Assembly (NCBI GenBank): GCA_046759165.1
Contig: JBHIBS010000028.1
Location: 1-18,347 of the forward strand
Origin: a bacterium
Lineage (GTDB): Bacteria; UBA6262; WVXT01
DNA: 18,347 bases
Direction of reading: 5' to 3'
Shown here piece by piece: positions 17,545-18,347 of this stretch (within the stretch, counting starts at the first letter, position 1; every line of letters begins with the position of its first letter). The notes under the pieces were generated by a model. That model had not been told where the DNA came from. It was given only the letters and a program-made list of their open reading frames with translations, and did not search any database. A program made the position numbers and the translations under genes.

Positions 17545-17687
17545 TTATTATTACTTTATTCTGTATTTACAAACTCGCTTGTTCAAATTCCTTCACCATT
17601 TCCAATCCCTCTGGAAGAACATCACGGATTCCCACCCCATCTTCTACGCCGGTCCAGAATCTTCAATAACATTCTTATCATTTCAAT

Positions 17688-18347
17688 TTAAGGCACGAAC
17701 ACAACCTTAAGCGCATCTGGTCCATAAGCCTTTTTCATGGCTTCTTTAGCCTGTTTTAGATGGAAACAATGAGTGATTAATTTGCTCCATGGAAAAGTTT
17801 TCCTATTCTGTATCATCATTTCCATTGCTGTGTAATATCCATCATGAGGATGATTAGTATTTCCAATAAGAAGAACATTTTTCGCTGCAATATGACGGTG
17901 TACATTCAGTGCTACATTACCAGTATCTACAAAATTTCCTGTCTCACAGTAAGTTCCTCCCCGACGAAGCATGCGAAGGCCTACATTCAAAACTTCCGGA
18001 CGCCCAACTGCCTCTACAACCATATCTGCTCCCCTTCCTTCTGTTTCATCCCGGATATATTGCACTAGTTCATCACCTGACATCTTGGAAACATTTATCG
18101 CCAGATCGGTCCCAAACTCTTTAGCTAACTCTAATCTGTAATTTATTGTATCAAGACCAATAATTTTACCTGCCCCTAGCAAACAGGCTTTTGCAACCAT
18201 CATCATACCTACGGCACCAAGCCCCTGAATAATCACCGTATCCCCAAAACCGAATCCCCTGGCATCAACTTGGGAATACATCTTAGCCCGATCTAAAATA
18301 GCAGTAACCACAAAGAGCTCTGTCAAAGCGGTTTCCTCAACAGTCAA
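17688..18347 (-). CDS. Zn-dependent medium-chain alcohol/polyol dehydrogenase, 5' end outside the window
   Basis: QGLGAVG Rossmann motif, GRGADMVVEAVG and LITH.F.L motifs. Confidence 0.88.
   Translation of the reverse strand: MTVEETALTELFVVTAILDRAKMYSQVDARGFGFGDTVIIQGLGAVGMMMVAKACLLGAGKIIGLDTINYRLELAKEFGTDLAINVSKMSGDELVQYIRDETEGRGADMVVEAVGRPEVLNVGLRMLRRGGTYCETGNFVDTGNVALNVHRHIAAKNVLLIGNTNHPHDGYYTAMEMMIQNRKTFPWSKLITHCFHLKQAKEAMKKAYGPDALKVVFVP

Noticed and set aside
2677-18124. Many short plus-strand ORFs in the track (e.g. 10005-10409, 13396-13785, 16280-16582, 17467-17691)
   Set aside because: Antisense shadows of well-supported minus-strand genes or pseudogene remnants.

Overview
Low-GC bacterial DNA; the taxon cannot be fixed from sequence. 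Secreted binding proteins without lipoboxes suggest a diderm, and the gene mix resembles anaerobic sediment lineages (inference only). Positions 1-1309 are a decaying toxin-antitoxin-like patch: an antitoxin 3' end, a toxin-like stub, a pseudogenised antitoxin, stacked promoter-like repeats and an intact DUF5678-like + retropepsin-like protease pair. From 1363 to the right edge there are 16 co-directional minus-strand genes forming a carbohydrate-catabolic cluster: a Zn-dependent dehydrogenase, two RbsABC-type sugar ABC transporters, two amidohydrolase-fold proteins, two TIM-barrel isomerase/epimerases, a UroD/MtaA-like protein, a tartrate-dehydrogenase-like enzyme, and an archaeal-type (class II) GAPDH with a PGK in which a conserved substrate-binding Arg is replaced by Asp. 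Structure not shown by the ORF track: a 313-bp MITE-like element with 24-bp TIRs and a TAG duplication (5725-6037); a 131-bp, 87%-identical direct repeat bracketing an AT-rich transporter block; a 20-bp inverted repeat enclosing one binding-protein gene with its own promoter and a 7-aa uORF; and a frameshifted remnant of a dehydrogenase paralogue.
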